Source of the DNA: an uncultured Desulfobacter sp.
GTDB taxonomy: Bacteria; Desulfobacterota; Desulfobacteria; Desulfobacterales; Desulfobacteraceae
NCBI GenBank assembly: GCA_963665095.1
Contig: OY762069.1
Span: 2,336,001 to 2,400,000, forward strand
Length of the DNA stretch: 64,000 nucleotides
Reading direction: 5' to 3'
The translations under genes were made by a program, and so were the position numbers. Below, one piece after another: positions 8,132 through 19,050 of this stretch (its first letter is position 1; each line of letters begins with the position of its first letter). The notes under the pieces are model-generated. The model ran no database searches. It was not told where the DNA came from and saw only the letters and a program-made list of their open reading frames with translations.

Positions 8132-10705
8132 TTACTCCCTGCCGTTCCTGGGCAGCCGTATGATAAACCGGGCGCCTTTGCCCGGACTTGATTCAACTGC
8201 CATTTCGCCGTTGTGGTTTTCTGTGACGATAAAATAGGAGACACTTAAGCCAAGCCCGGTTCCCACGCCTGCGGGTTTGGTGGTAAAAAAGGGATCAAAG
8301 ATATGCTTGCGGGTCTTTTCATCCATACCGGGCCCGTTATCCGCTATCTCCAAGCAGGCCATATCCCGGGACAGATCCATGTAGGTCCTTATGATGAAGT
8401 GGGAATCGGGGATTTCCGCCTCCTGCATGGCCTGGGCCCCATTGGCCAGAATGTTGAGTATGACCTGCTGAATTTTGCTGGCCTGGCAGGGCACCACAGG
8501 CAGCTTCTCATCATATTTCCGGATAATTTGAATCCGTTTAAAGTCATAGTTTTTTTTCAAGTCATAACCTGTGGCTGCAAGTTCAATGGTCTTATCCAGA
8601 ATTTCATTCAAATCATGGGAGGATACGGTCAAACTGTCTTTCCGGGCAAAGCTGAGCATATTGCTCACGATCTGGGATACCCGGTATCCGGATTCAATAA
8701 TGGCCTGAAGCATCCGCGGGATGCCCCTGGCCTCCATGAAGCGCCCAATGGCCTCAAGGCTGGTGCCGGCGTCCCGGGCTGCTTTCCGGGATGCCGGGAT
8801 ATCAAAATTTGCCGTAAGCCGCTGTGCCATCACCTGTGCGGTTTGGGTCATGCCGGCCAGGGGGTTGTTGATCTCATGGGCCATGCCTGCGGCAAGCCCT
8901 CCCACAGACAGCATCTTCTCACTTTGAATCATCATCTCCTCCATGCGGACCTGCTCGGTGACGTCATCCACCCGAATCACGGCACCTTCCACCCCATTGG
9001 CCACCAGGGGGAAAATGGTAATATCTTCATATCGGGTCTCATCCAGATCCTGGCGGGGCTTTTTTGAACTGCGAAGCACCCGGCTTTCCCTGATGGCCAC
9101 CTTGATGCGGTCCATCTCCTGTATCAGGCCGGGGAACACTTTTTCCAGGGGCTGGGAACAGGCTTTTTCGAAACAAATGCCTGTGACATGCTCGGCCTGG
9201 TGGTTCCACTGGGTCACCTTCCCCGCACTGTCCACCCCCACAAGGATCGAAGGCATGGAGTCAATGATGTTGGACAGATAGTTGCGCAGGCGGCGCAACT
9301 CCTCCGCATTCTGCCTTTGCCGGGAGATATCGCTCCCAACTCCTACGATTCCTATGACGCAGCCATCCGCGTCACGGAGGGGAGAGTAAGACTCCTTGAC
9401 CCAGATATCTGTTTCGCCGGGATCACTTATTCGGATTTCGATGCCGGTAACGGCCTGGCCGGCCATGGCTTTTTGCATATTATGTTCATGTGCGGTAGTT
9501 TTCAGATGAGGAAAAATCTGCCAGGGCGTTTTGCCGATCACCTCCTGCCTTGACCTGCCGGCTGTTTCTTCGAACTTTTTATTCACCAGCAGATAGGCAT
9601 ACCTCTGGTCATACACCCGAACGGATTCATCCATGGATTCCAGGATGTTTGTCAGCAGCGCCTGGTTTTCCCGAAGCGCTTTATCTGACTGTTTGCGCTC
9701 GGAGATATTCTGGACAAAGGCAATATAATATCGCTCAGTTTCGTATTCCAGAATATTGCTCGTGACCTCCACCGGGATCTGGGAGCTATTTTTTCGGATA
9801 TAAATGGTTTCGAACGTACGAATCCGGCCGAAATTCCTAAGCCTGCTCATGTCTTCAGTCAAGGTATCTGAACCAACAGATAAATCAATATCCGGGATTG
9901 ACAGCAGGCAAAGTTCCTCTGTCGTGTACCCCAGCATCTTTGCAGCATAAGGATTTGCACTGCGAATGGTTCCGTCCATGCGAATCTGAAAAATTCCCAT
10001 GTTGGCGTGATCAACACAAAACTGGGTAAGTCGCAGGGACGCTTCAGTTCGTGCTTTTTCAGCAATGAACCGTGCCTGCTGAAGGTTCTGATAAGCGGAT
10101 CTGGAAAGCTGGTTGGCAGCAAAAAATATTACCTGGGCCACGCTTTCAAATCTCTCCCGGGACATCTGGGGCACCCGGAGGTAGGCTGAATAGAACTGGG
10201 TTTCATCCAGGCCAAGATCACGGGCATAGGCCATGATCTGTTCTTCTTTCTGGGTTTCGTTTCGGACCTGGCCGATCAACCAGTTGGCGATATGACGCCC
10301 GCCAACCGTGATACTGGCCCCGGCATCCCACAACCCGGCACTCAGACACGGCTGCACAATCGGTCCTGCGGGATTATGCCTTCCGATTGCGGCATCCGAA
10401 AGCATGCAGTTTCGCTTTCCCTGCTCAGTCTTGCGGACAAACCGGCTGCACAGGTCTGTAAAATTACTTGGTTGGGTAATGGGTGTGCCGTCCGGACGGG
10501 TGATCAGGGCTGCCACGCCAAAAGCGTCAGCATACAAATCCTGAAGATGCTGGATATCAGACAGGTTGAACAGGTCCTCAAAACAGATACCTTCCATCTC
10601 CGGCAGCGGCCGGGTCAGGGCTGCCACCTGTTTTCGCATCTCCCTTATTTCATCAATCAGCTGTGATCTGTTTTTTTCCTCATCTTTCATTATCACTGTT
10701 TCCAA
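8132..10705 (-). CDS. PocR-domain, multi-PAS sensor histidine kinase
   Basis: N-terminal PocR-like Cys pattern (LCSRF..NC..SD...[11 protein letters not shown]...WLIGQV); three PAS repeats; H-box [24 protein letters not shown]. Confidence 0.9.
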   Translation of the reverse strand: METVIMKDEEKNRSQLIDEIREMRKQVAALTRPLPEMEGICFEDLFNLSDIQHLQDLYADAFGVAALITRPDGTPITQPSNFTDLCSRFVRKTEQGKRNCMLSDAAIGRHNPAGPIVQPCLSAGLWDAGASITVGGRHIANWLIGQVRNETQKEEQIMAYARDLGLDETQFYSAYLRVPQMSRERFESVAQVIFFAANQLSRSAYQNLQQARFIAEKARTEASLRLTQFCVDHANMGIFQIRMDGTIRSANPYAAKMLGYTTEELCLLSIPDIDLSVGSDTLTEDMSRLRNFGRIRTFETIYIRKNSSQIPVEVTSNILEYETERYYIAFVQNISERKQSDKALRENQALLTNILESMDESVRVYDQRYAYLLVNKKFEETAGRSRQEVIGKTPWQIFPHLKTTAHEHNMQKAMAGQAVTGIEIRISDPGETDIWVKESYSPLRDADGCVIGIVGVGSDISRQRQNAEELRRLRNYLSNIIDSMPSILVGVDSAGKVTQWNHQAEHVTGICFEKACSQPLEKVFPGLIQEMDRIKVAIRESRVLRSSKKPRQDLDETRYEDITIFPLVANGVEGAVIRVDDVTEQVRMEEMMIQSEKMLSVGGLAAGMAHEINNPLAGMTQTAQVMAQRLTANFDIPASRKAARDAGTSLEAIGRFMEARGIPRMLQAIIESGYRVSQIVSNMLSFARKDSLTVSSHDLNEILDKTIELAATGYDLKKNYDFKRIQIIRKYDEKLPVVPCQASKIQQVILNILANGAQAMQEAEIPDSHFIIRTYMDLSRDMACLEIADNGPGMDEKTRKHIFDPFFTTKPAGVGTGLGLSVSYFIVTENHNGEMAVESSPGKGARFIIRLPRNGRE

Positions 10706-10711
10706 CGATGA

Positions 10712-12838
10712 TTATAAATTGGGGCCACTGCCTTTCTCGCCCTGGCCCATTCCTTCCCGAATGGCCAGAGCCAGGGTCTGTATCAGCACGGGCTTTTCAA
10801 GATATCGGAAAATTCCCATTTCAACAGCATCCTTTTCAGTAAATGTTTCGTGATATCCTGTGCAAAGAATAATAGGAATATCCTTTCTGACGGAAAATAT
10901 TTTTTCCGATAAAGCCCTGCCGTCCATATTGGGCATACTCATATCGGTAACCACCAGATCAAAAGCATCAGGGTCTTTCGCAAACGCCTTAAATGCGGAT
11001 ATGCTGTCTGTAAAATCGGATACGGTATATCCCATGGTGCCCAGAATCTGCCGGGTGGAATCCAGAATGCCCTGTTCATCATCCACAAGCAGAATCCGTT
11101 CCGTGCCCCCCAGCGTATCTATGCCAAATTTTGTTTCTACGGTTTGGTCAAAAGAGGAGGTTAATATCGGAAAGAGGACGGTAATCACGGTTCCCTTGCC
11201 CACTTCACTGTGAATCTTTACCAGTCCGTTATGTTTTTTTACAATACTGTTGACCACGGCCAGGCCCAGCCCCGTTCCCTGGGAGACCTCCTTGGTGGTA
11301 AAATAGGGGTCAAAAACCCGGTTGAGATTTTTTTCTTCAATGCCGCACCCGGTATCTGTTATCTCCAAAGCAAGATACTCACCAAAAGGACACCCCTCTT
11401 CCAGATCCTCCAAGGACGGCTGTTTATTCATTAATGATACAGACAGCGTGCCACCGGTATCTCTCATGGCATGATAGGCATTGGTGCAAAGATTCATCAC
11501 CACCTGATGAATCTGGGTGGCGTCGGCCACAACCATATCTTTGGATGCTATGTTTTCAATGATATGTATGGTTGAAGGAATGGAGGACCGAAGGAACTTA
11601 ACCGCTTCTTGCACCACCAGATAAAGTGCCTGGGGCTTTTTTTCAGACTCAGCCTGCCGGCTGAACGTCAGAATCTGGGAGACAATGTCACCGGCCCGTA
11701 ATGCCCCTTTCATAACCTGATCAATATTTTTACGGGCCTTTTCATTGCTGCCAAGTTCCATTTTGGCCAGTTCCGCATACCCGATAATACCGGAAAGGAT
11801 GTTGTTAAAATCGTGGGCAATACCTCCTGCCAGAGTTCCGATGGCTTCCATTTTCTGGGCCTGCTGGAGCTGAACTTCCTTTTTCCTGGACTCCTGAAAT
11901 GCTTTGATGGCCCGTATGATCTCGCAGCAGTAGGACGAAAGGATGGCACCGATCTCCTTATCCTGATCCGCAAAGGGGGGCAAATTTTTTTTATGAAGCG
12001 TGATAATACCGATGGAAGAGCTTGCGCTTTCCCTTATCGGGAAGACAAGAAAGGACCCGTTTGAATCCCCCTGCCACCCCGAGGGCAGATTAATTTTCTC
12101 CACTTCAATGTCCCGGACAAGAAACGGCTGATCCTGGGCCAGCACTGTGTTAAAAATACCATCTTCCCGTAACGGGAAAGGAATAAACTCCGGTCCGTGT
12201 CCGGAAATCAGTGAATGCACAAGGTGCAGCCCGTCTTCTTCGAGCAGATAGAGGCTGCCGTCGGTGGCTGACATATGTGCGGCAAACTCTTCAAGCACCT
12301 TTGCGCCGAAATGTGCCATTTCAACGAAACCGTGCAGCCGCCGTGTGGTTTCCACAATCCTATGCAGCCGGGCATTGATCCTGGATAAATCTGTATTGGC
12401 GGTTTCAAGTTCACGGGTTCTTTTCCGGACCATGGTTTCCAGATTTTCCTGATACGCCTTGTTCTCCTTTATCAGTCTTGCCTTTTCAAGCGCCTGATTG
12501 ACCGAATGTGCCAGTACGCTGAAATTCTGTATGGGCTTTTCCAGATAATCCCAGGCACCATAGCGCAGGGCTTTTACCACATCCTCAATACGGTTGGCCC
12601 CGGAGATCACGATAACGGGAAGATCCGGTATGATCCGCCTTCCCTGCTCAAGGACATTGAGCCCGTCCATCTCCGGCATCCTTAAATCCAGCAGGACAAG
12701 ATCCGGTTTTTCACCGGCGATGAACTCTAACCCCTGCCGGCCGTTTTCAGCTGTTATCACATCAAATCCGTTGTCTTCCAGATAATCGGCAAGGCTTTGC
12801 CGGATATGCTTTTCATCATCAATAACAAGTACTTTCAA
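10712..12838 (-). CDS. Hybrid REC-GAF-histidine kinase-REC protein
   Basis: N-terminal receiver (VLVIDDE, LLDLRMP); GAF-like middle; H-box AHDFNNIL; GTGLGL; C-terminal receiver (LLVDDE, VTDMSMP, KP). Confidence 0.92.
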   Translation of the reverse strand: MKVLVIDDEKHIRQSLADYLEDNGFDVITAENGRQGLEFIAGEKPDLVLLDLRMPEMDGLNVLEQGRRIIPDLPVIVISGANRIEDVVKALRYGAWDYLEKPIQNFSVLAHSVNQALEKARLIKENKAYQENLETMVRKRTRELETANTDLSRINARLHRIVETTRRLHGFVEMAHFGAKVLEEFAAHMSATDGSLYLLEEDGLHLVHSLISGHGPEFIPFPLREDGIFNTVLAQDQPFLVRDIEVEKINLPSGWQGDSNGSFLVFPIRESASSSIGIITLHKKNLPPFADQDKEIGAILSSYCCEIIRAIKAFQESRKKEVQLQQAQKMEAIGTLAGGIAHDFNNILSGIIGYAELAKMELGSNEKARKNIDQVMKGALRAGDIVSQILTFSRQAESEKKPQALYLVVQEAVKFLRSSIPSTIHIIENIASKDMVVADATQIHQVVMNLCTNAYHAMRDTGGTLSVSLMNKQPSLEDLEEGCPFGEYLALEITDTGCGIEEKNLNRVFDPYFTTKEVSQGTGLGLAVVNSIVKKHNGLVKIHSEVGKGTVITVLFPILTSSFDQTVETKFGIDTLGGTERILLVDDEQGILDSTRQILGTMGYTVSDFTDSISAFKAFAKDPDAFDLVVTDMSMPNMDGRALSEKIFSVRKDIPIILCTGYHETFTEKDAVEMGIFRYLEKPVLIQTLALAIREGMGQGEKGSGPNL

Positions 12839-15800
12839 TTTTGGACTCCCTGTGTTCCCTTATGTTCCAGTGGCAGCCGTATAATGAAATTAGACCCTTT
12901 TCCCGGCGATGAGCTCACGTCCATGGTACCACCATGATTCTGTGTAACGATAAAATAGGAGACGGATAACCCGAGCCCTGTGCCAATACCCACGGGTTTG
13001 GTGGTAAAGAACGGCTCAAAAATCCGTGACTGGGTCTTACTGTCCATTCCAGGGCCGTTATCCTCAATCTCTATACGCAGCATGTTTTCTTCTCTGGCCA
13101 GCCGTAAACTAAAGCAGGGCTGATACCTTTTGCCCATATCCTGCAACTGCATGGCCTGGGCCCCGTTGCGCAGAATGTTGAGCAGCACCTGCTGAATTTT
13201 CACCCCTTCGCAGGCTATCATGGGCAGATTGTGTTCATACTCTTTTATAATTTTAATATTTTTAAAGTCATACTGTCGTTTCAAGTCATAGTCTGTGGCG
13301 GCAAGTTCAAGTATCCTGTCCAGCAGCTGAGCCGGATCATGGCTTGAAAATGCAGCATTGGATTTCCTGGCAAAACTGAGCATATTATCAACGATTTCCG
13401 CTGCGCGCCATCCAGACTCGGTGATGGCGGTCAGCATCCTGAGAACGCCTCTTTTGTGCATAAACGACCGAATCTGGTCAAGGCGGAGACCCACTTCACG
13501 GGCGGCATCCAGATTGGCCCGCATTTCCAGATTTTCCAGCCGTGATTTCATCACATTGGCAGTCTGTATCATACCGGCCAGCGGATTGTTAATCTCGTGG
13601 GCCATGCCGGCGGCCAGCCCCCCAACGGAGAGCATTTTTTCACTTTGCACCATCATCTCCTCGAGCCGCACCTGCTCTGTCACATCATCAATCCGGATCA
13701 CCGCACCGTCCACGCCATTGGTGACCAACGGGTAGATTGTCACAGTTTCAAAACGGTTTTCCTGCCCGGTTTTACAAGCGACCTTGGGCACACTGATCAC
13801 CCGGCGCTCCCGGATCGAGATATTGATACGCGCCATTTCACCTGCCAGCCGGGGGTAGACCTGCCTCAAAGGCCTGCCGAAGGCATCTTTGAACATCACC
13901 CCTGTGATCTTCTCAGCCCGGTTGTTCCACTGGGTGATGTTCCCGTCCTTATCCACGGCCACAAGCATGGAGGGCATGGAGTTGATGATATTTGTCAAAA
14001 AATTGCGCAGCCGGCCCAGCTCTTCTTCATCCTGTTTCTGCCGGGTAATATCAGTTTGGGTGCCGATGAAACGAAGCGCTTTGCCCTGGTCATCCCGGCT
14101 GACAATTTTCCCTTTTGCCTGAACCCACATATAACTGTTGTTTTTCCGCAGGAACCTGAACTCGGCCTTATAGCTGTCCTGCCCCCCGGCCAGGTATTGA
14201 TCAATAATTGAATAAACGTCTTTCAGATCATCTGCGTGTATCCGGGATCGCCACTCCTCCAGTGTTTCCGGGAATTCGCCGGGCTCATACCCGGCCAGGG
14301 TATAAAACCGGTTATCGAAAAAGACCTGTTTCTGTTCAATATGCCAGTCCCATATCCCCTCGTTGGCCCCGGAAAGCGCTAAGTCCAGGCGCTGTTCATT
14401 CTCTTTCAGGGCCAGCTCCATCTCTTTACGTTCGGAAATATCCTGGACAAAGGCCACAGAGAACTCCTGGTCTTCAAAGGTCATCATGCGGCTGGTCACT
14501 TGAATGGGGCAAATCCGGCCGTCTTTTCGCTGATGCAGGCTTTCAATCACACTGGTCCCGGTTTCACGTAGATAATCAAGGGATTCTTCCAACAGGTTGG
14601 TCTTTGCATTAAGATCAAAATCAGAGACTGCCATACGGCACAGCTCGTCCCGGGTGTATCCGAGGCTTTTACACCCCTGTTCATTCACATCGACAATGTC
14701 ACCATTGTTCCCAATCCGCCAGATGCCGATGGGTGCCTTGTCTATGATAAACCGGGCCTGCCGCATGGATGCCTCCATCTCCATTTGCCGGGTGATGTCC
14801 CAGAAAATGCCTAAAACACCAAACACCTCGCCTTTATCATCCCATACCGGAGTCTTGACGGTCTGAACAATGATCTTTTTCCCGTTTTTCAGATAGGATT
14901 CCTTGATCTCCTCAGGGCCCCGGGCCTGAAGAATTCTTTGGTCATCGGCCCGATATTTTGCCGCCAGCTCCTCCGGATAGAGATCAAAATCGTTCTTCCC
15001 GACAATCTCCTCTTCGGTCATGTTGACATCACCGGCAAAATGCCGGTTGCATGAAATGAACGCAAAGTTTCTGTCCTTAAGAAAAATTCGTTGGGGAAGG
15101 TTATTCACCAGGGTTTTATATTTTGATTCATTTTCACGAAGTTTGTGATTCAGTTGCGACATTTCCAGAACTTTGGTCTTAATTTCTGCAGCCATGGCAT
15201 TAAAGGCCCAGGCCAGTTCGCCGATTTCGTCCTTGGCCCGGACAGGGACGGTCACATCAAACCGGCCTTCCTTAATCCCCTTCATGGCATTTATCAGATG
15301 GCTGATGGGATGTAAAATAACGGAATTCAGACCCGAAATACCTGTGACGATGACCAGAAAGGGCACAAGAAAAAGAAACAGCACAGTCATTGTCAGGCTG
15401 AGCTGACTGACTTCTTGCAGTTTTTGATTTGCAGATAAAAGCTTGGACTCCACCTTTGTCACAACCGTATCTAGCGCGGTTTCATTTACAGCCTGATCAA
15501 AATTGTTCTTTGCCTGCAGAATCTGTGAGTCAAAATGCGACAGCCTCTGCCTGGATTCAATAATCAGCCGGTCCAGGGCGTTGACCCGGCCAAAAAGTTC
15601 AGCAAACAGGTCGGCTATACTGCCATCCGGATCCATCAGCCTGAGCTGTGATGAGATAACCTGCTGATTTTTCATCACCATGTGCCTGGCATTGTCTGAA
15701 AACTCTTTGGATATCAACACATTAAGCGCAACCAGGGTTAACTGGTTCAAACTTTTTAAAACATACGGTGCCAGTGTATTCTGCTCTAAAACATTATCTC

Positions 15801-16251
15801 CCAGGATCTGATCCAGCTGGACAATGGCCAGCCTGGTTGCAATCTTTTTATCCAGCTGCCGGTAAATCCGGTTTATCGTCTCTCTTGTTTCCCTGAAGTC
15901 CTGTTCAATTCTTGTGGACGCCTGTTCTTTGACCGCAATCACCTCAACCAGCTGCCGCCCTGATTTTGCCAGGATTTCATATCCGGGCAGCGCATGGCCA
16001 AAAGGCAATTTGAACCGCTCCAAACTCTTTGGCGGAACATGTTCCTGGGCAACGATATCGGCAATCAGACCGATCATGTTGTTTTTCCACTTTATGGAAG
16101 CCTGAATACCGGCCAAATCCTGATTCACCTTATCCCTGGCCCTCAAATTGGAATTCACTTCATGGTGAATCCGGACACTCATCACCGCGAGCACCACAAA
16201 CACTAAAAAAAAGAGTGCGCCTGAGATAAAAATTTTATTTTTAATCGTCAC
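12835..16251 (-). CDS. Membrane HAMP/multi-PAS sensor histidine kinase
   Basis: Probable GTG start at 16251 (ORF track gives 16314); two TM segments; HAMP (DEIGELAWAFNAM); four PAS domains; [14 protein letters not shown]. Confidence 0.9.
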   Translation of the reverse strand: MTIKNKIFISGALFFLVFVVLAVMSVRIHHEVNSNLRARDKVNQDLAGIQASIKWKNNMIGLIADIVAQEHVPPKSLERFKLPFGHALPGYEILAKSGRQLVEVIAVKEQASTRIEQDFRETRETINRIYRQLDKKIATRLAIVQLDQILGDNVLEQNTLAPYVLKSLNQLTLVALNVLISKEFSDNARHMVMKNQQVISSQLRLMDPDGSIADLFAELFGRVNALDRLIIESRQRLSHFDSQILQAKNNFDQAVNETALDTVVTKVESKLLSANQKLQEVSQLSLTMTVLFLFLVPFLVIVTGISGLNSVILHPISHLINAMKGIKEGRFDVTVPVRAKDEIGELAWAFNAMAAEIKTKVLEMSQLNHKLRENESKYKTLVNNLPQRIFLKDRNFAFISCNRHFAGDVNMTEEEIVGKNDFDLYPEELAAKYRADDQRILQARGPEEIKESYLKNGKKIIVQTVKTPVWDDKGEVFGVLGIFWDITRQMEMEASMRQARFIIDKAPIGIWRIGNNGDIVDVNEQGCKSLGYTRDELCRMAVSDFDLNAKTNLLEESLDYLRETGTSVIESLHQRKDGRICPIQVTSRMMTFEDQEFSVAFVQDISERKEMELALKENEQRLDLALSGANEGIWDWHIEQKQVFFDNRFYTLAGYEPGEFPETLEEWRSRIHADDLKDVYSIIDQYLAGGQDSYKAEFRFLRKNNSYMWVQAKGKIVSRDDQGKALRFIGTQTDITRQKQDEEELGRLRNFLTNIINSMPSMLVAVDKDGNITQWNNRAEKITGVMFKDAFGRPLRQVYPRLAGEMARINISIRERRVISVPKVACKTGQENRFETVTIYPLVTNGVDGAVIRIDDVTEQVRLEEMMVQSEKMLSVGGLAAGMAHEINNPLAGMIQTANVMKSRLENLEMRANLDAAREVGLRLDQIRSFMHKRGVLRMLTAITESGWRAAEIVDNMLSFARKSNAAFSSHDPAQLLDRILELAATDYDLKRQYDFKNIKIIKEYEHNLPMIACEGVKIQQVLLNILRNGAQAMQLQDMGKRYQPCFSLRLAREENMLRIEIEDNGPGMDSKTQSRIFEPFFTTKPVGIGTGLGLSVSYFIVTQNHGGTMDVSSSPGKGSNFIIRLPLEHKGTQGVQN

Positions 16252-16255
16252 CCTG

Positions 16256-16786
16256 TCAATCCTTATCGTATGTCTTCTTCCAGAACCCGCATCCCACCCA
16301 GGCTTTACGCCCATCTTTCAGGGTAATGCCTTTTATGTATGAACACTTTGTCTGAAGGGTATTTGTATATGGATTCAGCCAGTCATACTCAATCCAGCCC
16401 TGGCCTTCTCTTTCAATCACCTGGGCCATTTCATGGAACAGCAGTCTGCCGGCCGGCGTTCTCAGATGCCACATATTCTTTCCCACAAGTTTGGGGCGAA
16501 CCGCCTGTCCGCAGCAGATCGCCTCTTTTTTCTCAATGTTATAACAGTGCATGAAAACATAGAGCTTTTCATCACGATCGAAAAATTCCGGATGGGTTTG
16601 CAGCGCGAACTGCACAGCGGCCATATCGTCGGAATGGCCATCAACAAACGCATGGGCGGCCTCCACTATCTCCCTGGTTTTTGCAGCAACCGCTGGAAGC
16701 GGCTTGTCCGGATGGGCGGCCGCCATGGGCGATAGATCTATAACTATCCAAAATATAAGAAAAAAAATCGTAATTAAACTATTCAT
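16256..16786 (-). CDS. Stand-alone exported single Cache domain protein
   Basis: Signal peptide; LYVF, P.LVGKN, GWIEYDW.NP and K.SY...VGCG motifs of sCache_2. Confidence 0.8.
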   Translation of the reverse strand: MNSLITIFFLIFWIVIDLSPMAAAHPDKPLPAVAAKTREIVEAAHAFVDGHSDDMAAVQFALQTHPEFFDRDEKLYVFMHCYNIEKKEAICCGQAVRPKLVGKNMWHLRTPAGRLLFHEMAQVIEREGQGWIEYDWLNPYTNTLQTKCSYIKGITLKDGRKAWVGCGFWKKTYDKD

Positions 16787-16966
16787 ACGTCACCTGTTCC
16801 CCACTTGCACATAAATTGGAAATGCCTGGGCTTGCTCGGTGTTTTAAGACCGGTTAAGGGATGAATTAAATTCTACCAAGAAGGGAAAATGAAGTAAAGC
16901 TTTGGAAAATTCCGAGAAGACGTCAGCAACGCAATTTGAAATAAAGCGTTACCACACACCTGAACA

Positions 16967-16994
16967 TTGACACCACCCCCGGACATGATAGGAT
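16967..16994 (+). promoter_or_regulatory. Putative sigma70 promoter
   Basis: TTGACA-16 nt-TAGGAT with an extended -10 TG; supports the 17029 start. Confidence 0.5.
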
Positions 16995-17028
16995 GCTTGA
17001 AATTTTTCACACAAAGAGGATATGGCAG

Positions 17029-18015
17029 ATGACCCAAGATACCGTGTTTTTTCCTTCCGGTCCCGAAAAAATCGTTGTCATGAATTCCCCGCCCGGCATT
17101 GCAGGTCTGTTTGTCAAAATAATCTGCCTCTCCCTGGTACGACCGGTAACACTATCCCCTGGGGCAACTCTTGAAAACGTATGTTTCCTTCACCCCGGGG
17201 TTAAGATAGCCAAGGACAGGGTCCATGCATTTAACAAGGTGTGCGGATATGAGACCGGCACCGTGCCTGCAGGATTTATCCAGTCCCTGTTTATTGGGAT
17301 GATATCCCGTTATATCTCCTCATCCTTTTTCCCTGTCAGCCCTCTGGGACTGATCCAGATCGCCCAGAGTTTTGAGCTGATCCAGCCGGTACAGCCCGCC
17401 CAAAGCCTGGATCTTTTCTGCCGGCTGCTTGACATGACCCGAACAGAAAAGGGGCTTTCCTCGCGATTCCTCATGGAGGCGGCCCTGGCTGGCCACAGGC
17501 CTGAAACCATGGCTTTTGCACCGCCAGAAGAAAAAAATATCATCTGGCAGGGCATCGCCACCTATCTGACCCGGTCCAAAACCAAGGGCGCCCCAAAAAG
17601 AAGAAGCCCACGGGAGGATATGCCGCTACCCATCATGGAAACCATTGACGTGCCTGAAAATACCGGCCGGCGGTATGCAGCCGTATCCAGGGACATCAAC
17701 CCCCACCATCTGTATGCCTGGTCAGCCCGGCTCATAGGATTTAAACAACCCATTGCCCACGGCATCTGGAGCATGGCCAGGGCTGGCGCAAGCCTTGAAA
17801 ATGCCGCAGGATTTCCGGCTATGACCGGGATGGAAGCCCACCTCAAGCTGCCGATTTTCATGCCTGCCAACATTACTTTAGGATATGCCCTGACACAAAA
17901 GGATGCAGTCTTTGAACTACGGGACAAAGCCACGGGTGTGCCACACCTCACAGGCCGGTTCCATTATTCCCACACTGGCAGGCTGCCGAACATCGTTGAG
18001 GATAAGACTAAATAA
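17029..18015 (+). CDS. MaoC/PhaJ-like (R)-specific acyl-CoA dehydratase, double hotdog fold
   Basis: YAAVSRDINPHH and IAHG hydratase motifs; ATG at 17029 after GAGGA. Confidence 0.8.
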   Translation: MTQDTVFFPSGPEKIVVMNSPPGIAGLFVKIICLSLVRPVTLSPGATLENVCFLHPGVKIAKDRVHAFNKVCGYETGTVPAGFIQSLFIGMISRYISSSFFPVSPLGLIQIAQSFELIQPVQPAQSLDLFCRLLDMTRTEKGLSSRFLMEAALAGHRPETMAFAPPEEKNIIWQGIATYLTRSKTKGAPKRRSPREDMPLPIMETIDVPENTGRRYAAVSRDINPHHLYAWSARLIGFKQPIAHGIWSMARAGASLENAAGFPAMTGMEAHLKLPIFMPANITLGYALTQKDAVFELRDKATGVPHLTGRFHYSHTGRLPNIVEDKTK

Positions 18016-18902
18016 TGGGATCTATTTTTGCCTTAGGCTGCGCCTTTTTCTGGGGAAGCTCTGTTATTCTGTTCAAAAAGGCAGGCACTGTTTTTTCACC
18101 TGTTGCGCTCAATATTTACAAAAGCATTGTGGCCATGATCCTGGTCAGTCTGACCATGCTCGTACTTGGGCTGCCCTTTTTCCCCGAGGTGGATGCCAGG
18201 GTCTGGTGGACCCTGGCCCTGTCCGGATTTTCCGGCATCACCCTGGCCGACATGTTTTATTTCATGGCGTTGAACCGTCTGGGTGCCGGTATGGTGGCTG
18301 TGGTGGAGTGTCTTTACCTGCCCTGCGTCCTGTTTTTTTCGTTTATCTTTCTTGGTGAACATTTAGGCACCCAAGGCATCATCGGCAGTATTATGGTTCT
18401 GTCAGCCATCCTTGTGGGTTCGCTTCCTTTGCAGGGGTTGAAAGCCGGTGCTGAAAACAAAGGCGCAACAAGTCCTTTGGGGATTATCACCGGTGTCCTT
18501 GCCATGGTGTTTCTGGCCCTGGGCATTGTCATTGCCAAAGAGGTTCTTGACCAGGCGGAGGTCTTCTGGGCGACCCTTGTCAGGGTCACGGCCGGTTGCG
18601 CCGGTCTGATTCCCATAGTGCTGCTTCACCCGAAACGAAAAAAATATATCGGGGAGCTGAAATTTTCAAAGACCTGGCTCCTGGCTTTCCCGGCATCTGT
18701 AAGCGGGAACTATATTGCACTTGTACTGTGGGTGGCAGGCATGAAATACACCACTGCCTCGCGGGCCGCCGTGTTAAACCAGTTGTCCGTAATTTTTATC
18801 TTTATCATGGCAACGGTCCTGCTTAAGGAGAAGATGACAGCCCAGCGACTGGCAGCCATTCTCATTGCTGTGGCAGGCGCGTATCTTGTCATCTTCAATT
18901 AA
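18015..18902 (+). CDS. EamA/DMT family transporter
   Basis: About 10 TM helices in two repeats; FLGEHL and LLKEKM motifs; start overlaps the upstream stop (TAATG). Confidence 0.9.
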   Translation: MGSIFALGCAFFWGSSVILFKKAGTVFSPVALNIYKSIVAMILVSLTMLVLGLPFFPEVDARVWWTLALSGFSGITLADMFYFMALNRLGAGMVAVVECLYLPCVLFFSFIFLGEHLGTQGIIGSIMVLSAILVGSLPLQGLKAGAENKGATSPLGIITGVLAMVFLALGIVIAKEVLDQAEVFWATLVRVTAGCAGLIPIVLLHPKRKKYIGELKFSKTWLLAFPASVSGNYIALVLWVAGMKYTTASRAAVLNQLSVIFIFIMATVLLKEKMTAQRLAAILIAVAGAYLVIFN

Positions 18903-19050
18903 AAGAAGACCGCTGCCCAAACAGTTCCCAAAGAATTATATTGAAAAAATAAAAACAGCAGTGTAAACGTTATCTCCAAACAATTTAAGTCCATAATGAA
19001 TGCTGTAGCTGCTTATTCCACTGAAACTTTTTACATTTCGTTCAGAATAT

